Below, piece after piece: positions 1 through 8,162 of a stretch of 40,364 bases of DNA. The notes under the pieces were generated by a model. It was not told the origin of the DNA. It did not search any database and was given only the letters and a program-made list of their open reading frames with translations. Source of the stretch: a virus (Duplodnaviria; Caudoviricetes); the IMG/VR virus record IMGVR_UViG_3300025888_000017, positions 1 to 40,364 of that record. One strand, 5' to 3'. The translations under genes were made by a program, and so were the position numbers. Each line of letters begins with the position of its first letter. The first letter of the stretch is position 1.

Positions 1-36
1 ACGAAATCAATTTTAAATGGTACTAGAGGAGACAAT

Positions 37-162
37 ATGTTCAATCAACTGACTAACTACGGTATGCTCGATGCAATAGTCCTAGACTGGTCTATTCATA
101 GCCTGAAGTACCGAGCCTATAGCTATGGGTATGTGTGGCAGAGATTTATCAGAGACATTTAA
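37..162 (+). CDS. Small hypothetical protein (41 aa, MFNQLTNYG...)
   Basis: GAGGAG RBS upstream; TAA stop overlaps the ATG at 162. Confidence 0.55.
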   Translation: MFNQLTNYGMLDAIVLDWSIHSLKYRAYSYGYVWQRFIRDI

Positions 163-818
163 TGAAAAAAATAATCCTTCACCTTTGCGCCGATACTGGC
201 AGCGACACCAAACCCTACGATGACGACCCAGACTATACCGTCATCAAAGTCGGCTCAGATATTGGGGTAGAGAACTTCCACCCACCGCAGGGTGTGTGGG
301 GTATCATCGCAAATCCAGTCTGTCTAGAGTTCTCAACCGCTCGAAAGGGCGGTAAAGCTCGTAATCCAGATGAGGGTATGTTTTTAGTCAAGGAGTGTAT
401 CCGTATCATCAGAGAAGTCCAGGAGTTTCAAGTGACTAATGACCTGAAGTTTTGGGTGATAGAGAATCCAGCCACGGGCGCACTACGCCACAGACTAGGT
501 AAACCAAGACTTACATATCAACCGTGGGAGTATGGTAGCCCCTGGACGAAGAAAACGTCGCTATGGGGAGAGTTCAACATACCTGCGAAGAAGTTTGATA
601 AATGGTCTGACGTGCCGCAGATAGACGGTCTGTATATCCGTAAGAATTCCCATAATAGGGAGGTACGAGTGCCGAAACCATCACTCGCGTTCATGCACAA
701 AGGGCACAAGAAGTTTATTAGAGAGTTCGACGTATTCGACAATATCGACAGCGACATGGAGTTCCGCAGTTTATGCAGCCAGAAGTTCGCACGGGCATTC
801 AAAGACGCCAACCCGTGA
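162..818 (+). CDS. Divergent short C5-cytosine DNA methyltransferase-like protein
   Basis: Motif I-like ILHLCADTGS, motif IV-like IIANPVC, motif VI WVIENP, YGSPWTKKT; start placed at ATG 162, coupled to the upstream stop. Confidence 0.7.
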   Translation: MKKIILHLCADTGSDTKPYDDDPDYTVIKVGSDIGVENFHPPQGVWGIIANPVCLEFSTARKGGKARNPDEGMFLVKECIRIIREVQEFQVTNDLKFWVIENPATGALRHRLGKPRLTYQPWEYGSPWTKKTSLWGEFNIPAKKFDKWSDVPQIDGLYIRKNSHNREVRVPKPSLAFMHKGHKKFIREFDVFDNIDSDMEFRSLCSQKFARAFKDANP

Positions 819-853
819 TATGATATAGATACTGACAATTCGGCAGAAGAGAG

Positions 854-880
854 AAGTCACCAAGATTAGGTGGCTTTTTT
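854..880 (+). terminator. Intrinsic terminator
   Basis: AAGTCACC-aagatta-GGTGGCTT followed by a T-tract. Confidence 0.75.
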
Positions 881-891
881 CATAATATACC

Positions 892-946
892 TTGCGTTTA
901 CTAAAACCGTATGCTATATTAAGAGTATCAGCAAAGCAAAGAAAGG
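892..946 (+). promoter_or_regulatory. Early sigma70 promoter PE1 with conserved leader
   Basis: TTGCGT-17 nt-TATATT with extended TG (GTATGCTATATT), then CAAAGCAAAGAAAGG leader/RBS. Confidence 0.8.
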
Positions 947-952
947 TACAAG

Positions 953-1267
953 ATGTTCAACTCAGAATTAGTACAAGATATCATGTTCAGAAACCAGAGG
1001 CTCGGTAAACTACTTGGCACAGAAGAGACAAGCAATTGTTGCTCGGCTGGGGTTTATAATCCTAGCTGTGAGGGCAACGAGGGGGTCTGTAAAGATTGTG
1101 GCGAACACTGCTCAATCGTACGCACCATAGACATTGACTATATCCCTACTGAGACAACCCTAGAGCCGACATTCAAACTGTTCTTCGCTCGTATCAACGG
1201 GAAATTAGCTTATATGAAAATGGGACGCTATGAATATCGAATCCGTAAGATGATAGGGAGTAGGTGA
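953..1267 (+). CDS. Hypothetical protein with Cys-rich (SNCCSA...CKDCGE.C) putative Zn-binding module
   Basis: ORF with GAAAGG RBS; Cys module shared with the next gene. Confidence 0.75.
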   Translation: MFNSELVQDIMFRNQRLGKLLGTEETSNCCSAGVYNPSCEGNEGVCKDCGEHCSIVRTIDIDYIPTETTLEPTFKLFFARINGKLAYMKMGRYEYRIRKMIGSR

Positions 1268-1536
1268 TGGATAAACAAATCATAAGTTATAAAATGAGTG
1301 ATTGTATGAATGGAGAAGTACAGGCAGCTATCGACGATGGTTGGCAACCGTATGGCAATCCGTTTGATAATGGTGCTGGATATTGCCTACAGCCAGTCGT
1401 TAAATATGCTGAGGAACAAACGCCTAAGATGAGCAACTGTTGCAGCGCAGCCGTTTCAGACCCGAGTGGTGAAGGCATAGAAGGGCGCTGTAAAGATTGT
1501 GGCGAGATGTGCCAGATTGTGAGCGAGGAAGAATAA
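1264..1536 (+). CDS. DUF1737-like protein with C-terminal Cys-rich module
   Basis: VQAAIDDGWQPYGNPF...QPVVK resembles DUF1737; second copy of the SNCCSA...CKDCGE module. Confidence 0.65.
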   Translation: MMDKQIISYKMSDCMNGEVQAAIDDGWQPYGNPFDNGAGYCLQPVVKYAEEQTPKMSNCCSAAVSDPSGEGIEGRCKDCGEMCQIVSEEE

Positions 1537-1537
1537 T

Positions 1538-1903
1538 ATGAGAGAAATTAAGTTTAGGGTCTACAGCAGAAGTGATGGAAGTATACAGACAGTATTTTAC
1601 CAGACCGTTGAAATCAGTAGTAGACAAGGATGTTTTAACGGTTTTCCCGACAGTCTTGCCCTTTGCCAATACACAGGTCTTAAGGACAAGAACGGGGTCG
1701 AGATATACGAGGGAGACATCCTCGGTCTTATTCATAAAAAGCATGGTCTACAGAATACTAAAAAGGTTGTTTGGGATGATACCAATGCTTGCTTTGACTG
1801 GGAAGACGCAAACGGCGACAGTTTTCCTGATGGGTTCACTGGTTTCTATGATGAATATTCCGTCATCGGCAACATCTACGAGAATCCGGAGTTACTATCA
1901 TGA
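1538..1903 (+). CDS. YopX family protein
   Basis: MREIKFR...QYTGLKDKNGVEIYEGDI...VIGNIYENPELL signature. Confidence 0.92.
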   Translation: MREIKFRVYSRSDGSIQTVFYQTVEISSRQGCFNGFPDSLALCQYTGLKDKNGVEIYEGDILGLIHKKHGLQNTKKVVWDDTNACFDWEDANGDSFPDGFTGFYDEYSVIGNIYENPELLS

Positions 1904-2220
1904 CCGCTCCTGACATCAACGCCATCAAGCGTAATATCCTACTAATCATCCAGGATAGCCCAGAAGCGGCGAATGATAAAGCCCTCCTGTACTCAATATA
2001 CTGGACAACCTACGACGGCTGGAACGATCGAAATGATCCACTAGTCTCTAAGTTGAGGCGATGCACTCGACCGGCTACGATTGACCGTAGACTCCGAGAA
2101 CTCCGTGAGGCTGGATTGATTCAGCTATCACCAGAGCGCGAGAAGGTAATATACTCGGCATTTAATAACGAACGAAATAATAAAAGTAAACATGTTGCTA
2201 TTAGCTGGATGGAGGACTAA
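1900..2220 (+). CDS. Hypothetical protein, possible winged-helix DNA-binding protein
   Basis: RPATIDRRLRELREAGLI resembles a wHTH recognition helix; ATGA overlap with the previous gene. Confidence 0.55.
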   Translation: MTAPDINAIKRNILLIIQDSPEAANDKALLYSIYWTTYDGWNDRNDPLVSKLRRCTRPATIDRRLRELREAGLIQLSPEREKVIYSAFNNERNNKSKHVAISWMED

Positions 2221-2221
2221 C

Positions 2222-2437
2222 GTGGTCGGATCAAAAACTGGCGGAGCTAAACTCCGAGAAACTATGATAACCAAGTTCGGGACGGAAGAAGCATGGAGAG
2301 CCTGGATGCGTACTAACTCCGCAAAGGGCGGAAGCAAGACGGGGATCATCAAAGGATTCGCCAGCCCGACAGTAGACGCTCAGGAGATGGGGCGACTTGG
2401 TGGAAAAAAGAGCCGTCGCGGAAAGGGAACTAAATAA
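2222..2437 (+). CDS. Small basic KGG-repeat-like protein
   Basis: GTG start after GGAGG; SAKGGSK and GRLGGKKSRR motifs. Confidence 0.7.
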   Translation: MVGSKTGGAKLRETMITKFGTEEAWRAWMRTNSAKGGSKTGIIKGFASPTVDAQEMGRLGGKKSRRGKGTK

Positions 2438-2571
2438 TGCGTCAACTACTACCATTTATAATCGCAGGACTAGTATTACTAAGTGTATTTATCTTTCTCC
2501 CCGCGATTATTCAGGAGAGAGACTACCGACGATGGGTGAAGCAAATGAAGAATGAGGGGAGAGAATTATGA
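2437..2571 (+). CDS. Small membrane protein (44 aa)
   Basis: MRQLLPFIIAGLVLLSVFIFLPAII...; start and stop overlap both neighbours. Confidence 0.65.
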   Translation: MRQLLPFIIAGLVLLSVFIFLPAIIQERDYRRWVKQMKNEGREL

Positions 2572-2957
2572 CACGAGAAATCAAGTTTAGGGCATGGGAC
2601 ACAATAGCAAAAATGTGGCTCCCTAGCGACTTTATTCAAGACTCACTCTGTGTGGGCGTGCCTAACGAGCCAAAGAATGGGGTATTTATCATCCATAAGT
2701 GGAGGAATAGTCTTCAAATCACACAGTATACGGGTTTTCAAGATAAAGACGGCGTTGATGTATATGAGGGCGATATTGTTAAGTTTACAGAAATTACTCG
2801 TGGCTCAACAGGTGAACGGGTGTCGTGGAAAACGGTCGAAGTAAAACTTTGGATTGATGAGGAAGCAGGAGAATTTTATCTGTATCCACGGGTGAATAGC
2901 ACCACAGGGGTCATGGGCAACATCTACGAGAACCCCGAACTACTGGAGAAGAAGTGA
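2568..2957 (+). CDS. YopX family protein (second paralog)
   Basis: REIKFRAWD...QYTGFQDKDGVDVYEGDIV...GNIYENPELL. Confidence 0.92.
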   Translation: MTREIKFRAWDTIAKMWLPSDFIQDSLCVGVPNEPKNGVFIIHKWRNSLQITQYTGFQDKDGVDVYEGDIVKFTEITRGSTGERVSWKTVEVKLWIDEEAGEFYLYPRVNSTTGVMGNIYENPELLEKK

Positions 2958-4087
2958 AATATTTTAGTACCTTTACCGGTATAGGAGGATTTGAAATTGG
3001 AATTGATAATGCACACAAACATGTCGGGCAACAGAACACTACACCCAATAACGATGTGCCTACGGAGTGGGGCATCGACACACTACCAACTTGTGTTGGT
3101 TATTCCGAAATCGACAAATACGCAATTAAAGTATACGAAAGGCACTTCCCTAATGTTAGAAACTACGGAGATATTACAAAAATCAACGCAGACACCCTCC
3201 CCGACTTCGACTGTCTTGTTGGCGGATTTCCTTGTCAGGCATTTTCAATCGCTGGAAAGAGAGCAGGATTTAACGATACCAGAGGGACGCTATTCTTTGA
3301 CTTGGCGAGAATACTTAAGGTCAAAAAACCTAGACTATTCGTTTTTGAAAACGTCAAAGGACTGCTTAGTCACGACAACGGAAACACTTTTAGAACTATC
3401 ATCTCCACGATTGATGAGTTGGGGTACGATTGTCAATGGCAAGTGCTTAACAGCAAAAATCACGGAGTCCCCCAAAACCGAGAGCGCGTTATCATTGTCG
3501 GACATCTTAGAGGAACACCCCGACCCGAAGTATTTCCTATCACGGGAGACCACACAGAAGATTCTAAAAGACGTATTGACGCGGCAGGAATCAACAATCC
3601 TTCACGGGGTTATGAAATTAGACGAGACGGACTCGCAAGTAGCCTAAGAGCTACCGAGATGGGTAGTAAAAACTTCATTGCCGATATTAGGCAACTCAAC
3701 CATCCGACACACTCGAATGACAGGGTTTATGGCGAAGATGGTATATCGCCATCACTAAATACAATGCAGGGTGGGTTGCGGCAACCATTCATAGCACCAG
3801 TATTGACCCCAGACCGACTAGTAAAGCGGCAGAATGGCAGACGTTTCAAGGAGAATGGAGAGCCGAGCTTCACGCTAACTGGACAAGATATACACGGGAT
3901 ATATGACGGTATAAAAATCAGACGCCTAACACCCCTCGAATGTGAGCGACTACAGGCGTTCCCCGACAACTGGACGGCACTCGACCAAGAGGGACGACCC
4001 ATCTCTGATACTCAACGCTACAAGATGTGCGGAAATGCAGTGACCACTAATGTGATACGCGATGTGTTTGAAAGGATATTGCTATGA
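2954..4087 (+). CDS. DNA (cytosine-5)-methyltransferase, Dcm/HhaI-like
   Basis: FTGIGG (I), GGFPCQAFS (IV), ENVKG (VI), PQNRER (VIII), RRLTPLECERLQAFP (IX), YKMCGNAV (X). Confidence 0.95.
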   Translation: MKYFSTFTGIGGFEIGIDNAHKHVGQQNTTPNNDVPTEWGIDTLPTCVGYSEIDKYAIKVYERHFPNVRNYGDITKINADTLPDFDCLVGGFPCQAFSIAGKRAGFNDTRGTLFFDLARILKVKKPRLFVFENVKGLLSHDNGNTFRTIISTIDELGYDCQWQVLNSKNHGVPQNRERVIIVGHLRGTPRPEVFPITGDHTEDSKRRIDAAGINNPSRGYEIRRDGLASSLRATEMGSKNFIADIRQLNHPTHSNDRVYGEDGISPSLNTMQGGLRQPFIAPVLTPDRLVKRQNGRRFKENGEPSFTLTGQDIHGIYDGIKIRRLTPLECERLQAFPDNWTALDQEGRPISDTQRYKMCGNAVTTNVIRDVFERILL

Positions 4088-4266
4088 CTCAGCAAAACTT
4101 TGACGTTATGCCCTGTGGTGAATGTGGAAATCCTATGTACGTCTTCGACGATAACGAAAACAACACTAGATGCGACAGTTGCATCGCCGAACAAGACCCA
4201 GAACGAGTTGCAATATTAACTGTAGAGTTTGAACCAGATTTAGAAAGGGGTGATGATGAAAATTAG
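4084..4266 (+). CDS. Small CxxC...CxxC zinc-finger protein
   Basis: CGEC...CDSC; overlapping start/stop. Confidence 0.65.
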   Translation: MTQQNFDVMPCGECGNPMYVFDDNENNTRCDSCIAEQDPERVAILTVEFEPDLERGDDEN

Positions 4267-4453
4267 CTATGACCACTTCAAGGCAAAAACCATTGAAGCC
4301 CAAGAGGTAATCACAAAGGCAAAGGATATGCGAGCCGTCTCGGACGATTTCGCTGACGGCTTCCATAGGGCGATGTGGGAAGCTCGGGAGATATTCATGA
4401 GGCTCGAAGATGATTTGGGCGAATCTGAGGGAACGGAGCAAACAAGTGAGTAA
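4250..4453 (+). CDS. Hypothetical protein
   Basis: ORF in a tightly coupled early operon. Confidence 0.6.
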   Translation: MMMKISYDHFKAKTIEAQEVITKAKDMRAVSDDFADGFHRAMWEAREIFMRLEDDLGESEGTEQTSE

Positions 4454-4658
4454 ACCAGTGTATGAATATGACAACACCGCAATAGAAATTGTGGTTGATG
4501 AGTTTAGCGCCGAGTACCATACGTGCGGTTCACATCAGATATTGCTAACAGTCAAGATGGATATGGATAGTATTAATAATATGCTGGAACAATTCGGTAT
4601 GGGACCTCTGACGCCAGACGCATCATTTCCGCCAGAGGAGCAAACCAATGAAGACTGA
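4446..4658 (+). CDS. Hypothetical protein
   Basis: GTG start after GGAG; coupled to neighbours. Confidence 0.6.
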   Translation: MSKPVYEYDNTAIEIVVDEFSAEYHTCGSHQILLTVKMDMDSINNMLEQFGMGPLTPDASFPPEEQTNED

Positions 4659-5076
4659 TATGACCGCTATCCCCACGAATGAAATACAGATACTCGAATT
4701 GATTGACGCATGGTATCACGAACATACCCGTCATCATCTGGTAGACGTAGACCCAAGCGTGTTTGATAATCTCATAAAGCCCGTCGCCCAACACTCCCAC
4801 AAAGCAGTAGAAGAGTTTGCGGAGAAGCTAAGAAAACAGGCAGAGCTTGTGTGGTTGTCCGATGAAGATAAAGAACTTGTCGTACCTGTCTCAGCCATAA
4901 CCGAAGCATTAAAAGGAGAAAGTAAGATGAAACACGATAAGTATGATCCATACAAGCCAACCGCAAAGAAGGCGATTGAAATATTGAAAATGAACCTACC
5001 GCTAGAGGAGTTAGGAATCTTGCATACTTTGCTGGGAGAGTATCTTAATAATTTCTCGACAAAAGAGGGAGAGTAG
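4648..5076 (+). CDS. Hypothetical protein (possibly two fused genes; internal start at 4927)
   Basis: ORF with internal AAAGGAG-ATG. Confidence 0.6.
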   Translation: MKTDMTAIPTNEIQILELIDAWYHEHTRHHLVDVDPSVFDNLIKPVAQHSHKAVEEFAEKLRKQAELVWLSDEDKELVVPVSAITEALKGESKMKHDKYDPYKPTAKKAIEILKMNLPLEELGILHTLLGEYLNNFSTKEGE

Positions 5077-5078
5077 CC

Positions 5079-5375
5079 GTGAATAAACCACAGACAATCG
5101 ACGAGATACTGAACAATCTTGGTGCGTCAAATGTACCCGAGACAGACGGTAAATACTCAGAGGTAGACCCGACAAGCATTGAGTTTGTTAAGTCAGCTAT
5201 CCTCGAAGCGGTGAACGGTATAATAGGCGACGATGAGAGCGTAGCTGACGCCATGAACAATTATCCAGGCGGTCGTGATTTTCATGCCCTAGGAAATATT
5301 GCGGCGACAATATCAAAACGCAACGAACTCCGTGCCGAACAGCGAGCTATTTTAGATGGAGGAAAGAAGAAATGA
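5079..5375 (+). CDS. Hypothetical protein
   Basis: GGAG RBS; C-terminal RNELRAEQRAIL type motif common in small phage early proteins. Confidence 0.65.
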   Translation: MNKPQTIDEILNNLGASNVPETDGKYSEVDPTSIEFVKSAILEAVNGIIGDDESVADAMNNYPGGRDFHALGNIAATISKRNELRAEQRAILDGGKKK

Positions 5376-5560
5376 GTAAAGTATATTATATCGATGTGAA
5401 TTGTATAGGTCATCAAATATATAAAGTTGTTGGAGCTGATAGTGAGGATAGGGCGATAGAAGCCGCTGAAAAAGCATATCAGTGTGGCGAAACACAGGCT
5501 GAATATAATGAAACGCTTGACTCCTCGTATGACGATTCAGCAGTGGAGATAGAGTTATGA
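5372..5560 (+). CDS. Hypothetical protein
   Basis: GGAGG RBS, ATGA overlap. Confidence 0.65.
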   Translation: MSKVYYIDVNCIGHQIYKVVGADSEDRAIEAAEKAYQCGETQAEYNETLDSSYDDSAVEIEL

Positions 5561-5988
5561 CCCCATCATCTACACCCCTAGGTACGTTCTCTGGAGATGG
5601 CTCAAACATACCACGAGCAAGCGTTACCGTTACTGGTCTCGACCTAGAGAAGTTATCGAAACAAGGGTCACGGGGGTCATCACCTACACCACAAGATGAC
5701 TATCTCGAGAAGATGGCTATAGAGGCTAAGGTAAGGGAGTTTTGGGTAACTGCTGATGGCGAACCTAACATAAAAGATTTTGTTGAGTATCTACACGCAG
5801 ACCGCAAAGCCTACGGCGACCAACGTGCTCAAAAAGCCCATGAAGATGGATATAGAGAAGGGGCGATTGATATAGCTCGGAGGATAGCTATTAGCGGTAA
5901 TCCAGCATATACAGCAACAAGATTTGTCGCTGAACTTATTCCAGCTAATACTATACTCAATAAGGCTGAACTCAAGGAGAAAAAGTGA
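5557..5988 (+). CDS. Hypothetical protein
   Basis: GGAG RBS; overlaps both neighbours by 4 nt. Confidence 0.6.
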   Translation: MTPSSTPLGTFSGDGSNIPRASVTVTGLDLEKLSKQGSRGSSPTPQDDYLEKMAIEAKVREFWVTADGEPNIKDFVEYLHADRKAYGDQRAQKAHEDGYREGAIDIARRIAISGNPAYTATRFVAELIPANTILNKAELKEKK

Positions 5989-6539
5989 GATACAAAACAA
6001 TATATGCTGACCCACCGTGGAAGTTGCAGTCTATGTCAGATACCTCGTGGAAAACGGGTAGAATGCCCCTTGAGAGCAAGTATCCCCTAATGAAGCTGAA
6101 GGACATTCAGGCTCTTGACGTGGCTAGCCTAGCAGACGACGATTGTTCGCTGTTTCTCTGGTGTACTCAGTCAACGCTGCAGGACGCCCTAGACACCATG
6201 AAGATATGGGGATTCAAATACCACGTAGTCATAACATGGGATAAGGGAGGCGGCTTCAGCTTGTGGGGATTCCACCGACGTACCGAACTGTTGTTATACG
6301 GCTACAAGGGAAAGATAAATGTGAACCAAAAGGGCAAATATATACCTACCCTATTTACTGAGAAAAAGACACACCACTCGGCAAAACCACAAGTCGCGTA
6401 CGAAATGCTCGAATCAAATACGCCCGAACCACGACTAGAAATGTTTGCTCGTATAAAGCGACCAGGATGGCATACGTGGGGTAATGAACTAGAAAACGAA
6501 GTTGAACTCAATGCTAAGAGGGAGAAAGACAATGAATAA
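5985..6539 (+). CDS. MT-A70 family N6-adenine methyltransferase
   Basis: YKTIYADPPW, LFLWCT, WGFKY, TELLLYG, HSAKP, RLEMFAR..RPGW..WGNE. Confidence 0.93.
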   Translation: MRYKTIYADPPWKLQSMSDTSWKTGRMPLESKYPLMKLKDIQALDVASLADDDCSLFLWCTQSTLQDALDTMKIWGFKYHVVITWDKGGGFSLWGFHRRTELLLYGYKGKINVNQKGKYIPTLFTEKKTHHSAKPQVAYEMLESNTPEPRLEMFARIKRPGWHTWGNELENEVELNAKREKDNE

Positions 6540-6747
6540 AAAACTACTTACTGACCAATCACTGCGAGATGATATATATTGTCAAATGATGTTTATAGCG
6601 GGGGGTATCGCGTTCTATGGTATTTCTACGGATAGGGTAAGAACCCTAGTCGAAGACCAAATAGACCTACTTATGCCTGTTATAAAGAAACATGTCAAGC
6701 GACACGTCAAGGCTACTAAAGAGAATAAGAAAGAGGATTTGAAATGA
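6532..6747 (+). CDS. Hypothetical protein
   Basis: GGAG RBS before ATG 6532. Confidence 0.6.
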   Translation: MNKKLLTDQSLRDDIYCQMMFIAGGIAFYGISTDRVRTLVEDQIDLLMPVIKKHVKRHVKATKENKKEDLK

Positions 6748-6854
6748 GCGACTTTTGGCAAGGATTTTTACTTGGAGCGTTTGCTCTGTTCGCGCTTGCG
6801 GGCATAGTTGTCGGTATAAAAGTATGGTTTGACGATAGAGACGCATGGCTATAA
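6744..6854 (+). CDS. Small membrane protein (36 aa)
   Basis: MSDFWQGFLLGAFALFALAGIVVGIKVWF...; GAGG RBS. Confidence 0.6.
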   Translation: MSDFWQGFLLGAFALFALAGIVVGIKVWFDDRDAWL

Positions 6855-6973
6855 ACCCAAACCTACCCCCAGATCACGCTGAGATCGCCCGTATAGCTAG
6901 AGAGAGAATACAAAAGATGCTGGGGAAAAAGGTGACAACAGAGACAGAACAGAGTATAATTAAAGGATAATAT

Positions 6974-7174
6974 ATGAAAACCAAAGAAATTGGAGTACAG
7001 GGTTTCAGGGCGATTTACTATAAGGGCAAGCCTATTAGTCACGACACCGTAACATCAACCGAGAATGTTATAGTCGCCTGCAATAGACTACATGCTCACT
7101 ATCTAAGATGGAGATACCGGAAAACCGGGCTAAGGGTTGTTGTAGAGAGATGGCTTGACTACCGAGATGTTTGA
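6974..7174 (+). CDS. Hypothetical protein
   Basis: AAAGGA RBS. Confidence 0.55.
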   Translation: MKTKEIGVQGFRAIYYKGKPISHDTVTSTENVIVACNRLHAHYLRWRYRKTGLRVVVERWLDYRDV

Positions 7175-7242
7175 AGTAATAGTCATAGTTCTTCTTATCC
7201 TTATATTGCTAGATAGGTATTAGTATTATAATATACAGATAT

Positions 7243-7575
7243 ATGGATACTGAAAAACCGAAAAAAGATTCAGTCAAGCAAAATGGAGGTGCTCGTCCAG
7301 GTGCAGGACGTAAGCCAGGCGGAGAGAATGAGGCGACCAAGTTCAAACATGCCGCCATCAAGAAGTTCCGCGAGCGAGTAGCCCAGAACGCCGATAGACT
7401 ATTCAATGCACAGGTATCACTTGCAACGGGTATGCAGGTGCTTTTTGTTGTCCACACAGACTCTAAGGGCGTAAGGCGTAAGCCAGAGATGATTACAGAT
7501 AAAGAGCATCCGCTTGTGGTGACCCCCGGGACCGTGATCACTCAAATATCACTCGACGAGGAAGGGGAATACTAA
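7243..7575 (+). CDS. Small-terminase-like protein, possibly C-terminally truncated
   Basis: N-terminal GGARPGAGRKPG motif typical of TerS-like proteins; position upstream of terL. Confidence 0.55.
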   Translation: MDTEKPKKDSVKQNGGARPGAGRKPGGENEATKFKHAAIKKFRERVAQNADRLFNAQVSLATGMQVLFVVHTDSKGVRRKPEMITDKEHPLVVTPGTVITQISLDEEGEY

Positions 7576-8078
7576 TGTCTAAGAACCTAGGCGGCAGACC
7601 ACTCAAATTCAAAGACGAAAAGGAACTATCACAGAAGATAGACGCCTACTTCAATAGGTGTGATCCCCACGTGGAACACGCAACCGAATGGCTTGACGCA
7701 AGAGACAAGGGCGGCAAGTTGCTGAATGACGACAATGGCCTTCACTACCTCACAGAAGTAACTCATACCATAATGACAAAACAGATACCATACACCATTA
7801 CGGGCCTAGCCCTGGCCCTAGATACGTCACGAGAAACACTACTTGACTACGAGGACAGGGACGGGTTTTCTGACACTATAAAAAAGGCTAAGTTACGCTG
7901 CGAGCAATACAATGAGCAAATGCTCTTCTCGACGACCCCCACGGGAACCATCTTTAACCTAAAGAACAACTACGGCTGGAAGGATAAAACAGAAGTTGAC
8001 AATACGCTACATGGCGACGTGCGGTTCATCAACGATCTACCACGACCAAAACATATCAACGATGATATAAAGGACTAA
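7575..8078 (+). CDS. terS: Terminase small subunit (DNA-packaging gp3-like family)
   Basis: GRPLKF...KIDAYF...PYTITGLALALDTSRETLLDY...IFNLKNNYGWKDK. Confidence 0.85.
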   Translation: MSKNLGGRPLKFKDEKELSQKIDAYFNRCDPHVEHATEWLDARDKGGKLLNDDNGLHYLTEVTHTIMTKQIPYTITGLALALDTSRETLLDYEDRDGFSDTIKKAKLRCEQYNEQMLFSTTPTGTIFNLKNNYGWKDKTEVDNTLHGDVRFINDLPRPKHINDDIKD

Positions 8079-8162
8079 ACTTGGTGCCAGAATATTGCAC
8101 TCCGTATAAAACACAGTTAACAGATACCGTAGGTGTTAAACCTAACATCACGGATGATATAA

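Noticed and set aside
2991-3647. 218-aa alternate-frame ORF inside the C5 methyltransferase
   Set aside because: Fully nested with no clear RBS; I could not support it, though overlapping partner subunits exist for some C5 MTases and a homolog search would settle it
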